Shown here in pieces: positions 1 through 11,539 of a stretch of 64,000 bases of DNA. Every line of letters begins with the position of its first letter. Position 1 is the stretch's first letter. This stretch comes from Azolla caroliniana. Lineage: Eukaryota > Plantae > Polypodiophyta. The notes beneath the pieces were generated by a model that worked only from the letters and a program-made list of their open reading frames with translations, was not told the origin of the DNA and did no database searches. The translations under genes were made by a program, and so were the position numbers. The DNA lies in assembly GCA_043228905.1 (NCBI GenBank), contig JBHGNT010000013.1, positions 8,680,001-8,744,000 of the forward strand, in the 5' to 3' direction.

Positions 1-589
1 CGAATCGAATTCGGATGAAGAGCAAATGGAGGAGCCGGTTACCGAAGCCCAAAGACGGAGATATCCTCTCGGAGAGAGAAGGGCCCCCCAAAGATTTCCG
101 GATGCAGAGCATGTGCTGCTAACCGATCAAGGGGAGCCAAAAAGCTTCGAGAAGCAAAGGATGACACCCACAACCGAAAATGGTTAAGTGCCATGCAGGA
201 TGAGATGGATTCCCTACATGAGAACCATATGTACGAATTGGTGGAGTTGTTGAAAGGAAAGCGGGCACTCCGAAACAAGTGGGTGTACAAGTTGAAACTG
301 GGAGATGTCGGCAACCCCCCGAGATACAAAGCCAGGATCGTGGTGAAGGGGTTCCAGCAGAAGAAGGGCGTGGACTTCGACGAGATATTTGCCCGGTAGT
401 AAAGATGACCTCCATCCGGACAATGTTGAGTATAGCGGCAAGCATGGACCTCGAGGTAGAGCAGCTGGACGTGAAGACGGCATTCCTTCACGGTGACCTC
501 GAAGAGGAGATCTACATGCAGCAACCGAAAGGATTCGTGGAGAAAGGTATGGAGCAACTAGTTTGCCAGTTGAAGAAGAGCCCGTACGG
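1..589 (+). pseudogene. pol: Copia-A family pol fragment (start of RT), frameshifted, cut at 590 by Gypsy-1
   Basis: Nearly identical to ~7425-8012. Encodes MQDEMDSLHENH, RYKARIVVKGF and EQLDVKTAFLHGDL across different frames. Homology stops at KKSPYG, where a TG-starting LTR begins. Confidence 0.9.
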
Positions 590-1498
590 TGTCGTAGTGT
601 AATTCGCACACTACGTGCAAAATTACATTTTTGGTCTCTCCGGATAGGACATGGAGTACCCGATGAGAACCGGAAGAAGGAACCGGTAAGGACCGAAACC
701 GGTAAGGCGACCCGGCAAGAGCCGGATAAAGAAGGCCGGTGAGAGTCGGTGAGAAACGGATGAAGAGATCGGTAAGGAGGTCCTGGTAAGAGCCAGATGA
801 AGAAAACTAGCAAGCACCGGATGAAGCAGAACTGGAAAGAGCCGGATGAAGAAGGCCGGTGAGAGTCTCTCACCGGATGAAGAGACATATTTGTAAATAG
901 AAGAAAGTATAAAAATATATATATTACATGCATAGGGCAAGATTCGAACCTTGCACCTCCATGTTAATAATGTTAAGCCTTATCATTATACTAGCGTATT
1001 ATGAATTTTAAAGTTATACTAAACTTTATCCCATGTAAAATTTCTAGACATGCATGGTACAAAAAGTTATTCATGCATAGACACTCGAGTTAAAAGAAAA
1101 GATGAGATAGAAAGCTAATCATGCAAATGCAGTGTGCATGAAAACTAAAGATAGGGAAAGCATGATGCTTGCATGTGATAAACTTAGACTCTTCCAACAC
1201 TATATAAGGAAGAGAGAAAGATGTATAGAGGTTGTTGATTATTTTACAAGGATTTTGATCAATCTAATATATTCGTGGGATTCACGATTTTTTTCCATCT
1301 ATTTCTCTCTTACATTCTAAGTATCTATTAATACACTATACTCGTGGGATTCACGAGGTTCATATCTTCTTTCAAATATTTCTCTTTCTTGCAATCGATT
1401 CATAAGGAGCCTTATCTCATATTCTTCTTTCTCCTAGTCCAAAACCTCAGCGGTTCCCACCCGACTCACGCAACGATCCGGAGCCGAAAGGCACGACA
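590..1498 (+). repeat. 5' LTR of Gypsy-1
   Basis: Termini TGTCGT...ACGACA, TATATAA near 1201, followed by a PBS. The partner LTR is absent, so the limits come from termini and junctions. Confidence 0.75.
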
Positions 1499-1502
1499 CA
1501 AG

Positions 1503-1519
1503 TGGTGAACCCAACGTGA
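1503..1519 (+). promoter_or_regulatory. Primer-binding site, tRNA-Trp type
   Basis: TGGTGAACCCAACGTGA is complementary, with 1 mismatch, to the plant tRNA-Trp 3' end as I recall it (TCACGTCGGGTTCA-CCA). Confidence 0.7.
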
Positions 1520-1536
1520 GCACGGGTGGCAAGGAG

Positions 1537-3576
1537 ATGGAAAATCAACCGGAGGCTAACAACATGATGATGATGTTCGAGCGGATGCTTCAGGAACAAC
1601 GTGCGATGTCGGAGATAGCGGCGGCAATAGATCGGCTCGTGCAATGGATCGGGCAATTCAACGGAAAGGACGTATCACGCTATCTTCGGGACTACAAGGC
1701 GGAAATTCTACGGTGCGGGATATCGGAAGGATTGCAAGTGGCATCCTTCAACCGGGTGGCTACCGACGGGCTTCAAGCAAGTATCCATGGGCTGCGACAA
1801 CAAAATCCGACGTGGGAAGCGTTTGAAGAGGCGCTAAAGACCACGTTCACTATCGAGGACTCCTCCAAGGCAACGCGGAGAGGATTCGAGGATTGGGTAG
1901 AAACGCCGGACAAGGGGATGAAGGTCCTTGATGTGTTTTCAGTATTCGAAAGTCGGTTCGGGAGGTTGTCTGCGAGAGATCAAGTTATCCTCGCACCGGA
2001 CAAAGTTATCATGCTCTTACGAGCCGTAGACGTCCGGGACCGGAAGGATCTTGGAGTGCTTCTAGAGGACACGACTACCGAGAGTGGCCTCACCGAAACA
2101 TGGGAAAGCGTGCAGGATATCGTCACGCAATACACAAAGAGGGGGCAATGGTTTGCCAACGAAGAAAAGAGGGTTTCGGAACCGATTCCGAAACCGAGAT
2201 CCGGATCAAAAGACCATCAACCGCGGGCTCGGGAAGCTACGACTGAGAAGGGAATCGACACAACTACGGTGGAACAAATGCTGAAGGAGATGGAGAATCT
2301 AAAAATCACGATGGTGAAGAATTCGGATGACCATCCCACAAGTTCCAAGTATATGGACCGTCGATGCATATGGTGCGATAGCACCGAACATGATCGGAGG
2401 GATTGCAACGAGCACAAGGAAGCGCTACGACAAGATCTTATCTACTACGAGGGAAATCAGATTCATTCGATGAACTCTCGGAAGCCGCTCCGACCGAACT
2501 TCCGAAAAGGCGGCATGAAGAAGGTCCTCGAGGAGGAAATAGCGGCAAAGAACAATTACACGACAATAGCGGGAATACGTGTCGGGGAGTCATCGGGAGC
2601 AAAGGTGTCTTTTTGGCTGGAAGTGCTAGAAAACACCGAGAAAACCGACTCTAACGAGATCCGAAGCACCGCGGAAGGCATCCGGGAAGCTACGGGATGG
2701 GAGTGCCCAGTCGATAAGAATAACGTGTTTGCTTTATGCCAATTGCATGAAGTGTATGTAGATCAGAAGCGACGGTGCACGGATGAGGCGGCCGGTCCAT
2801 CGAAGACACCGGAAAGTTGGAACTCCGGAGGTAAGGGAAAAGAAAAGATTATTACGGCATTCAAGCTCGCCTCGGACATCGACCAACAAACGGACTTGAA
2901 AAAGGTGTTCGAGGAGAGAATCCTCGATAGCCGGGTAGATTTTTCGCTTCGAGAATTACTCGGAATAGCGAAGGAGTTCCACGATCTTCTTGTGGATCTC
3001 GTGAAGAGAAAAAGACAAAGTACATAGTAGAACGCTCCAAGGGTGAATGCAAATATCGTTCTAATGAATGACACCGAATTGGAGGACGAAATACCGAATT
3101 CTCACTACACAAAGCCACACTGGGCACGCGCAACTACGGAGACTCCGGTCCGAATCGGTAACATCAAAGAACCCGTGCTAGCATTGATTGATCACGGATC
3201 GGAGATCAACTTGATGTCAGAGGAATTCTACTGGAAGGGTAAGTGGCCTATTAACACGAATCATGGGTGGAAGATCCGGGCGGCCACTAAAGCAACGGAA
3301 GATCTATTTGCGGCTTGTCCGGATGTGACGGTGAAGATCGGGGATGTTGAGATCAACCAAAATTTCTTCGTACAAGACGAGGTCTCACACTCCGTGATCC
3401 TCGAGCAACCCTTTATCACGGCATCACGGATGGAGACGAAGGTGCTCGATAGCGGTGCGGCTTTTGCGCGAATTCGGAGCCAAAACGGAGGGAAATCCGT
3501 CCAATTCCTAACGGTGTCAGCAAATCATGAAAGGAACAAGAGAGAGCTCTTGTCCCAAACAAGAATGGATTTTTAG
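1537..3576 (+). pseudogene. gag: Gypsy-1 gag-protease, one frame with an internal stop at 3025-3027
   Basis: Zinc knuckle CIWCDSTEHDRRDC. The protease ORF 3043-3576 is in the same frame and has a DHGS active-site variant. Confidence 0.75.
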
Positions 3577-3710
3577 AGCGGGTTGTTGCAGAGTGGGGAA
3601 GTGATAGTCCGAGAAGCCCTGATACCCCACACAGGAAGAAACCTCTCGGTGCAAAACAAGTACGAATCGGTCTGGATGGGGCATCCACGTACACGGCCAT
3701 AACCGGAGGA

Positions 3711-4420
3711 ATGGCCGTGGGACCGTTACCCGCAGATAGCGAACAAAGGAGGAAAGAAGTCTTGGGGGATCCGACACTTTGGAAGTCCATGGATATCGGT
3801 CATGCCTTCACGGATGAGACCTGGAAGAAACTTCGGATCGGTGGAGGAGGGTTCCTATTAAAGAATGAAGAAGAACGATTCTGTGGGATGCTAGAGCAAC
3901 ATGGGAGAGCATTTGCATTTACATCGAAAGAAATAGGATGCGCTGACCCGAAGATAGTGGAGTCGATGGTGATCTTCACGATTGACCATGTGCCATGGAA
4001 CCTAAAGCCGATTCCGGTGCCACGGGCACATATTCCGAAAATCATCGACTTGCTCAAGGAGAAGGTGGCGATGGGGATTCTAGAGCCATCAAATGCTCCG
4101 TACTCAAATCGATGGTTTACGATTCCGAAGAAGAATGGGTCACTCCGATTTATTCAAGATTTGCAACCGGTGAACAAGGTCACGATCCGGAACTCCGGAG
4201 TCGGTCCGATAGTGGACGAATTTGTGGAAGCATTTGACGGTCGCGCGATATACTCCATCGGAGACCTATACTCCGGATATGACCAATTCCAACTAGTTGT
4301 GACGAGCCGAGACATCCCTACCATGCGGACACCGATAAGATTAGTCCGGATGTGTACGCTACCACAAGGCGCGACGAACTCAGTCGCACATATGATGAAT
4401 GCGATGAACAAGGTGCTCCG
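3711..4420 (+). pseudogene. pol: Gypsy-1 RT, N-terminal part
   Basis: PKKNGSLRFIQDLQPVNKVT, DLYSGYDQF, LPQGATNS. Confidence 0.85.
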
Positions 4421-5119
4421 TGTTGGGAGACAGGTCCCTCCGGATGGCAAGGGAGAAGAACAGTGCCGATGAACAAACTCGGTCGAGGCCGAAACCGGAT
4501 GAGGAGTCCCCGGCTACGGAGAGCCAGATGGTGCAGACCCGGTGAGAACCGGATGAGGAGTCCCCGGCTACGGAGAGCCGGATGGTGCAGACCCGGTGAG
4601 AACCGGATGAGGAGTCCCCGGCTACGAAGAGTCGGATGGTGCAGACCCGGTCAAGATCGGATGAGGAGACATATTCGTAAATATGTTTCTGAAAGTCCAT
4701 CAAGGCTATATTTGTAAATAGCCGAAAAGTCATATTAGTATAAATATGACTTAGGGCAAACTTTTAGGTGACTGTTGGTTGTTGTCATTCTTGTTGGTAC
4801 AGGAATAGAGTGAGCGCGTAACAGTGTACAGAGAGAGAGAGAGACAAAGAGGTCGTCGCCTCTGTTGTAACCGCCGCCTGTGGCGAGGATCGTGAGCACG
4901 AGATCGTTGCCTCTGTGAACTCACTGTTGTACATTCTAGCATAGTGATAGTTTGCAGCCTGTGGACTGCCGTGGTTTTTCCCTCTTTGGGTTTTCCACGT
5001 AAACATCCTGTGCACTCGTTTCTTCTTCGTGTCGTGTTTTATTTCCCGTTTTTTTGTGTATGATTCTAAGCTCGGTTGTGGCCTAGCATTGTGCATAAGG
5101 AGCATTTGAGTTCCTGTCA
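4421..5119 (+). repeat. Copia-A 5' LTR (3 x 54-bp U3 repeats)
   Basis: Direct repeat of 9138-10005, with a GA microsatellite. Confidence 0.95.
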
Positions 5120-5148
5120 AGTGGTATCAGAGCGAAACGACACAGAAT

Positions 5149-8100
5149 ATGGACGACTCGTTTGGCGGCATGTTCAAGCTCACCGGCTCCAACTATTCCG
5201 TGTGGAAGTCGAAATGAGGGACATGCTCGTGGTTAAAGACCTCTGGCTGCCGGTTCAGTTCGGGGACAAGAGACTGGACAAAATCAACGCCGCGATATGG
5301 GAGGTGATGCACATGAAGAAAATGGCATACATACGGTGTTTCATCGACATGAGCCTATACAACAACTTCAATGAAGAAAGCAAGGCTCATGAGCTCTGGG
5401 CGAAGATCGGCATAATGTTTCAAAACAAAAATGTTGTTAATCAAGTTTTGGTATTCTAGAAGCTGGTAAGACTCCGGTACCAAGATGGCTCCAGCATGGC
5501 GGAGCATATGAATGCCTTCCAGGGGCTGATACACCAGGCAACATCATTGGAAGTACATCTCGCCAACGAGGTACTAGCGCTACTCTTGCTCGGTTCCCTC
5601 CCGGATAGCTGGGAGACGTTGGTTGTCACGTTGGGCAACGCCGGGCCGGAAGGAAAGCGGTTATCCCTAGCAAGAGTAAAGTCGAGCTTGCTAGATGAGG
5701 AGGCATGTCAGAAAGATAAAGATACAAGCTCTGATTCCAAAGCGCTCCTTACCGAATAGGATCGCGGAAGACAAAGAAACCGTAGTCCCCAGAACCGGGA
5801 AAATTCGGGGACACGGTCAAAGTCAAGGGGGAGACCTACTTGCTTCTATTGCGGCAAGCCGGGACACTTCCAGAAGAACTGTCGGCATTTCCGAAAGGAC
5901 AAGGATACCGACGGTACAGATTCGAAGCGGATACCGGACCATAACGGTAAAGACCGGAGGGGGGCGAACCGGAAGGGGATAACGGCAATCGCAGCAAGTG
6001 AAGAAGAGTTGATGCTCATCACCGAGGAGAGTGAGATAAACCTTGCCGGCGAAGAGATGACCTGGGTAGTCGACTTCGGAGCGTCGTTCCACCTTACCCC
6101 GGACCGAAAATGCTTCTCATCCTACTCAGCTGGTGATCACGGCTGTGTCCGAATGGGGAATGAAGGAACATGCCGAATTGTCGGCATAGGAGACGTGTCG
6201 CTGACAACTCCAACCGGATGCAAGTTGCTGCTGAAGGATGTCTGACACGTTCCGGAGGTTTGTCTCAACCTGATATCAGTCGGTCGGCTAGATGATGAAG
6301 GCTACACGGGTAGCATCCGGAACGGTGTCATGAAGTTCAGCAAAGGGAACCTAATTGTGGCTCGGGCCCGGAAGGTCAACACACTGTATCTGATGAATGC
6401 CCGGTTATGTCTGGAAGAAGTGAACGTTGCATCCGACACTGCCGGTGAGTTGTGGCACAAGAGGCTGTGTCATATGAGCGAGAAGGGGATGAAGAGGCTT
6501 GCAGACGACAACCTCATTCCAGTGAAGAACGTGCACTTGGAGAAGTGCATTGATTGTCTGGCCGGTAAGCAAAACCGGACCTCCTTCCGACAAAGGCCAC
6601 CGATGAGACGTAATGCACCACTGGAGTTGGTGCATACGGTTGTGTGTCAAGTGGACACGAAGTCACATGCCGGAGCGCAGTACTTCGTGACGTTCATAGA
6701 TCACCACAACCGGAAGCTGTGGACCACACCGTTGAAGACAAAGGATCAGGTGCTATCCGTCATCAAAGAGCTCCACGCGAGACTGGAAAGAGAAACCGGC
6801 TTGAAGCTGAAGGTGGTTCGAGTAGATAATGGAGGAGAATACCGAGGGCAATTCGAGGAGTACTGCCGCTCAAAGGGAATCCGGCTCGAATTTACCGTGC
6901 CAAAGACGTCGGAACGAAACGGACTGGCCGAGAGGAATGCAAAACGACCCAAGAAGTTTTGGGCTGAGGCATTGTCGACGGCGACATATGTGATAAATAG
7001 ATCACCCTCAGTACCCTTGGACGGAGACACGCCACAGAGAGTATGGACCGGTAAGGAAGTATCTTACCGGCATCTGAAGGTGTTCGTGTGTCTCGCGTAC
7101 GTGCATGTAGCTAAGGACCGGAGAGGAAAGTTAGATCCAAAGACTCGGCCATGCATATTCCTCGGTTACGGTGACGGTGAGTTCGGCTACCGAGTGTGGG
7201 ACCCGGTCAACAAGAAGGTATTCTGGAGTCGAGATATTATCTTCATGGAGTCGGAGAAGAAGATAATGAGCTCCGAGTCGACCGGTAAGGATAGACTCTA
7301 CAATGAATAGACCCAACCGGCAAGAGACCGGTAAGCACTCGAGGAGCCAGCCGGTTACGGTGAGGATATCGAACCGGTAGAAGAAGAAGTAGAGGAAGCT
7401 GAAACCGGAACCAGCCAAGACACCGAATCAGATTCGGATGAAGAGCAAATGGAGGAGCCGGTTACCGAAGCCCGAAGACGGAGATATCCTCTCAAAGAGA
7501 GAAGGGCCCCCCAGAGATTTCCGGATGCAGAGCATGTTCTGCTGACCGATGAGGGGGAGCCAGAAAGCTTCAAAGAAGTGAAGGATGACACCCACAGCCG
7601 AAAATGGTTAAGTGCCATGCAAGACGAGATGGATTCCCTGCATGAGAACCATACGTACGAATTGGTGGAGCTGCCGAAAGGAAAGCGGGCACTCCGAAAC
7701 AAGTGGGTGTACAAGTTGAAACCGGGAGATGCCGGAAAACCCCGAGATACAAAGCCATGATCGTGGTGAAGGGGTTCCAACAGAAGAAGGGCCTTGACTT
7801 CGACGAGATATTTGCCACGGTAGTAAAGATGACCTCCATCCGGACGGTGTTGAGTATAGCGGCTAGCATGGACCTTGAGGTAGAACAGCTGGACGTGAAG
7901 ACGGCATTCCTTCACGGCGACCTCAAAGAGGAGATCTATATGCAGCAGCCGGAAGAATTCGTGGAGAAAGGGAAGGAGCACCTGGTATGCCGGTTGAAGA
8001 AGAGCCTCTACAGGTTGAAGTAGGCACCCTGGCAATGGTACCGGAAGTTTGATTCCTTCATGACCGATCAAGGGTACCACAAGACGCAGGCCGATCACTG

Positions 8101-9127
8101 GGTGTTCGAGAAGAAGTTCGAAGGATAGGATTTCCTAATACTCCTTCTGTACGTGGATGACATGCTGATCGTCGGACGTGATCAAGTCAAAATACGGATG
8201 CTGAAGAAGGCTCTCAACCGGACCTTCTCAATGAAAGATTTGGGTCCGGCAAGACAGATGTTGGGGATGCATATTATCCGGAACCGGTCAAAGAAGCAAT
8301 TATGGTTGTCACAGGAGAAGTACGTGACAAAGGTGCTTCAACGGTTCAACATGTCAGATGCGAAACCGGTCGGATCGACACTTCCGGCAAACTTCAGGTT
8401 ATCCGGTAAGCAAAGCCCGAAGACGAAAGCAGAGAAGGCGGATATGATGAAGATTCCATATGCTTCTGCCGTCGGGAGCTTGATGTACGCAATGGTGTGT
8501 ACCCGACCGGATATAGGATACGCAGTCGGAGTGGTGAGCCGGTTTATGAGCAATCCCGGCAAGGAGCATTGGAACGCGGTCAAATGGATACTCCGATATT
8601 TGAAGGGCACTTCAAATATGTGTCTCCGATTCGGCTCCGGAAAACCTCAACTGGACGGTTTCACCGATTCGGACATGTCGGCTGATGTGGATACCAGCCG
8701 GTCTACATCCGGGTATGTAATGACATATGCAGGGGGAGCTGTTTCGTGGCAGTCGAGGCTGCAGAAGATGGTTGCGTTGTCAACCACAGAGGCGGAGTAC
8801 ATGGCAGCCGTGGAAGCCGGCAAGGAAATATTATGGATGAAGGACTTCATCGGAGAGCTCGGTATCCGGAAAGATGAATACCGACTCTATTGCGATAGTC
8901 AAAGTGTCATCCATCTTGCTAAGAATGCGGCCTACCATTCCTAGACGAAGCATATCCAGCGAAGGTATCATTGGATCCGGGAAAGAGTAGATGACTAGGA
9001 GTTCGCACTGACGAAGATCCACACGGCCGAGAGCGGGTCAGATATCCTGACCAAAGTGCTGATACCCGACAAGCTGGATGCATGCCGGAAGAGGATCGGA
9101 CTGGTAAGACACCCCATGCCGGAGTGA
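5149..9127 (+). pseudogene. gag-pol: Copia-A gag-PR-INT-RT-RH polyprotein with many stops and frameshifts
   Basis: CFYCGKPGHFQKNC, WVVDFGAS, LWHKRLCH, YVDDML, DSDMSAD and STTEAEY. Collinear with the intact ORF at 32785-36858. Confidence 0.92.
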
Positions 9128-9137
9128 AGGGGGAGTT

Positions 9138-10005
9138 TGTTGGGAGACAGGTCCCTCCGGATGGGAAGGGAGAAGAACAGTGCCGATGAACAAACTCGGA
9201 TGGGAAGGGAAACCGGATGAGGAGTCCCCGGCTACGGAGAGCCGGATGGTGCAGACCCGGTGAGAACCGGATGAGGAGTCCCCGGCTACGGAGAGCCGGA
9301 TGGTGCAGACCCGGTGTGAACCAGATGAGGAGTCCCCGGCTACGGAGAGCCGGATGGTGCAGACCCGGTGAGAACCGGATGAGGAGTACCCGGCTATGGA
9401 GAGCCGGATGGTGCAAACCCGGTGAGAACCGGATGAGGAGTCCCCGGCTATGGAGAGCCGGATGGTGCAGACCCGGTGAGAACCGGATGAGGAGTCCCCG
9501 GCTACGGAGAGCCGAATGGTGCAGACCCGGTCAAGACCGGATGAGGAGACATATTCGTAAATATGTTTCTGAAAGTCCATCAGGGCTATATTTGTAAATA
9601 GCCGAAAAGTCATATTAGTATAAATATGACTTAGGGCAAACTTTTAGGCGACTGTTGGTTGTTGTCATTCTTGTTGGTGCAAGAATAGAGTGAGCGCGTA
9701 ACAGTGTACAGAGAGAGAGAGAGAGAGAGAGAAAGAGGTCGTCGCCTCTGTTGTAACCGCCGCCTGTGGCGAGGATCGTGAGCACGAGGTCGTTGCCTCC
9801 GTGAACTCACTGTTGTACATTCTAGCATAGTGATAGTTTGCAGCCTGTGGGCTGCCATGGTTTTTCCCTCTTTGGGTTTTCCACGTAAACATCCTGTGCA
9901 CTCGTTTCTTCTTCGTGTCGTGTTTTATTCCCTGTTTTTCTGTGTATGATTCTAAGCTCGGTTGTGGCCGAGTGTTGTGCATAAGGAGCGTTTGAGTTCC
10001 TGTCA
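9138..10005 (+). repeat. Copia-A 3' LTR (6 x 54-bp U3 repeats)
   Basis: Follows the PPT and ends TGTCA before the TSD. Confidence 0.95.
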
Positions 10006-11054
10006 CTCCGGGATTGCATACCGGAGATAACGATGTCGTTCCTAGATGACATTCCGATGAAAGGGTGTGCGGTGGAAGAAAAAGATGAAGCTATGGATGA
10101 ACGGGGATGCCGAAGGTTTGTAGTCAACCATATCCGTGATCGTGAGAAGATGTGCATCTAACACTTTCTAGAGAGAAATCGGCATTCGGACAAGAAGAAA
10201 TATTGGTAGTCAGACATCTATGTGGGCCCTACGGCCGAAGACCGTCACCAACCAAGATCGATGCGATTCAAGCTATGAAAGAAGTATGCGAGTCACAATC
10301 CGAAGTTCGAAGGTTTCTTGGAGCATGTGCATTCTACCACATATGGATTCCGCACTATGCACATATAGCGGACCCACTCTATCACTTGTTGCGGAAGGGT
10401 AAGAAGTTTGAATGGAAACCGGAGCATACCAAAGCCGTGAAGAAGCTCAAGAAATCACTACGGAGGGCAGAAGCACTAAAGAAGCTGAACTATGACCAAC
10501 CGATCATAGTAACGGTTGACACAAGTCCAACCGGAATCGGATGGGTCATCAATCAAGCCGATCTGGAAGGTTCGCGATATCCGATCCGATTTGGAGCAAA
10601 GGTTCTCAACGAAAGGCAACACGGATATGCACAAGTTAAAAGAGAATTATGGGGAGTCGTGTCAGCAATCAAATCGGATCGAGATTATTTGATCAGAGCC
10701 GAACTAATGATCGAAATGTATTGTCTTCCGATACTCGGGATGATGCGGTGTTGCACGATACCGGATGTGGCTATGCTAAGATGGATTGCATATGTTAAGT
10801 CACTTAATCCGGAGGTAAGACACATCTCCGGAAAAGACAACGCTGTAGCGGATATGCTATCAAGGGCGCGGTTCGGAGATGACATAACCGAATCCGATAA
10901 TGAAGAAGTTTCTGAAGACTACTTTGCTTCAGAGCAAATATGCCGGGTGGACGTAATCCAAGAATTCCGGGAAGAAGAATACGAGGGAGAAAGCTTGTTG
11001 ATCGGAAAATGCTACGAGAAATCGAGGAATCATCAGACAATAGGTCATCCTTGA
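10006..11054 (+). pseudogene. pol: Gypsy-1 RT C-terminus and RNase H
   Basis: FLDDIP, VRRFLG, VDTSPTGIG and HISGKDNAVADMLSR. Confidence 0.85.
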
Positions 11055-11539
11055 AGAATTAAATCAATGAAGAATTAAATCACTTGTTTTGAGGTAATTA
11101 TCTACTATGTAATTTTAAAATAGGTCATTGATTTCTGATTTCACGCTGCTAGTCGTTCTCAAAATGGCAAACTATTTGAATTTGTGCATGGTTCACTTGA
11201 GAGTAAAAAAATCATTGAACAAACACTAAAACTGAAAGTTGCAATAAGTAAAACTGACTGTAATCAATACACATTTAACAAACACGATTTTATTAAGAAA
11301 CAAGAACAGAAAAAGACTCCCACACGATTTTATTAAACTGTTTTTTTTGCAATACAACTACTTTGTCCACTTTACAAGAAAACTGGTATGTCTCCTTGTA
11401 GCTACAAATTCCATGGCATACTATTGTAAATACATTCATACACATTAGCACTAATTGTGTATAATTTTGAGCAGCTATTGTATTGCGACATCAGAACGTT
11501 GATGCACCTGATCAAATGAGAGTACAGGTACGTTATTGG

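Larger units (their letters stand above)
4421..10005 (+). mobile_element. Copia-A: full-length but degenerate Ty1/copia element, TSD CTCCG
   Basis: LTRs 4421-5119 and 9138-10005 (TG...CA). PBS TGGTATCAGAGC at 5122-5133, PPT GAAGGGGGAG at 9126-9135, CTCCG at 4416-4420 and 10006-10010. Confidence 0.95.
590..11055 (+). mobile_element. Gypsy-1: 3'-truncated non-chromoviral Ty3/gypsy element, interrupted in RT by Copia-A
   Basis: 5' LTR, PBS, gag, protease (LIDHGSEIN), RT split at 4420/10006 (FLDDIP after the insertion) and RNase H 10152-11054. No integrase or 3' LTR is contiguous with it. Confidence 0.85.

Noticed and set aside
9210-9545. CRISPR-like periodicity (also 30770-31500 and 13290-13630)
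   Set aside because: Contiguous tandem units without unique spacers, no cas genes, eukaryotic context.
9038-9613. Repetitive-peptide ORFs in Copia-A LTRs
   Set aside because: By-products of 54-bp tandem repeats, open on both strands.
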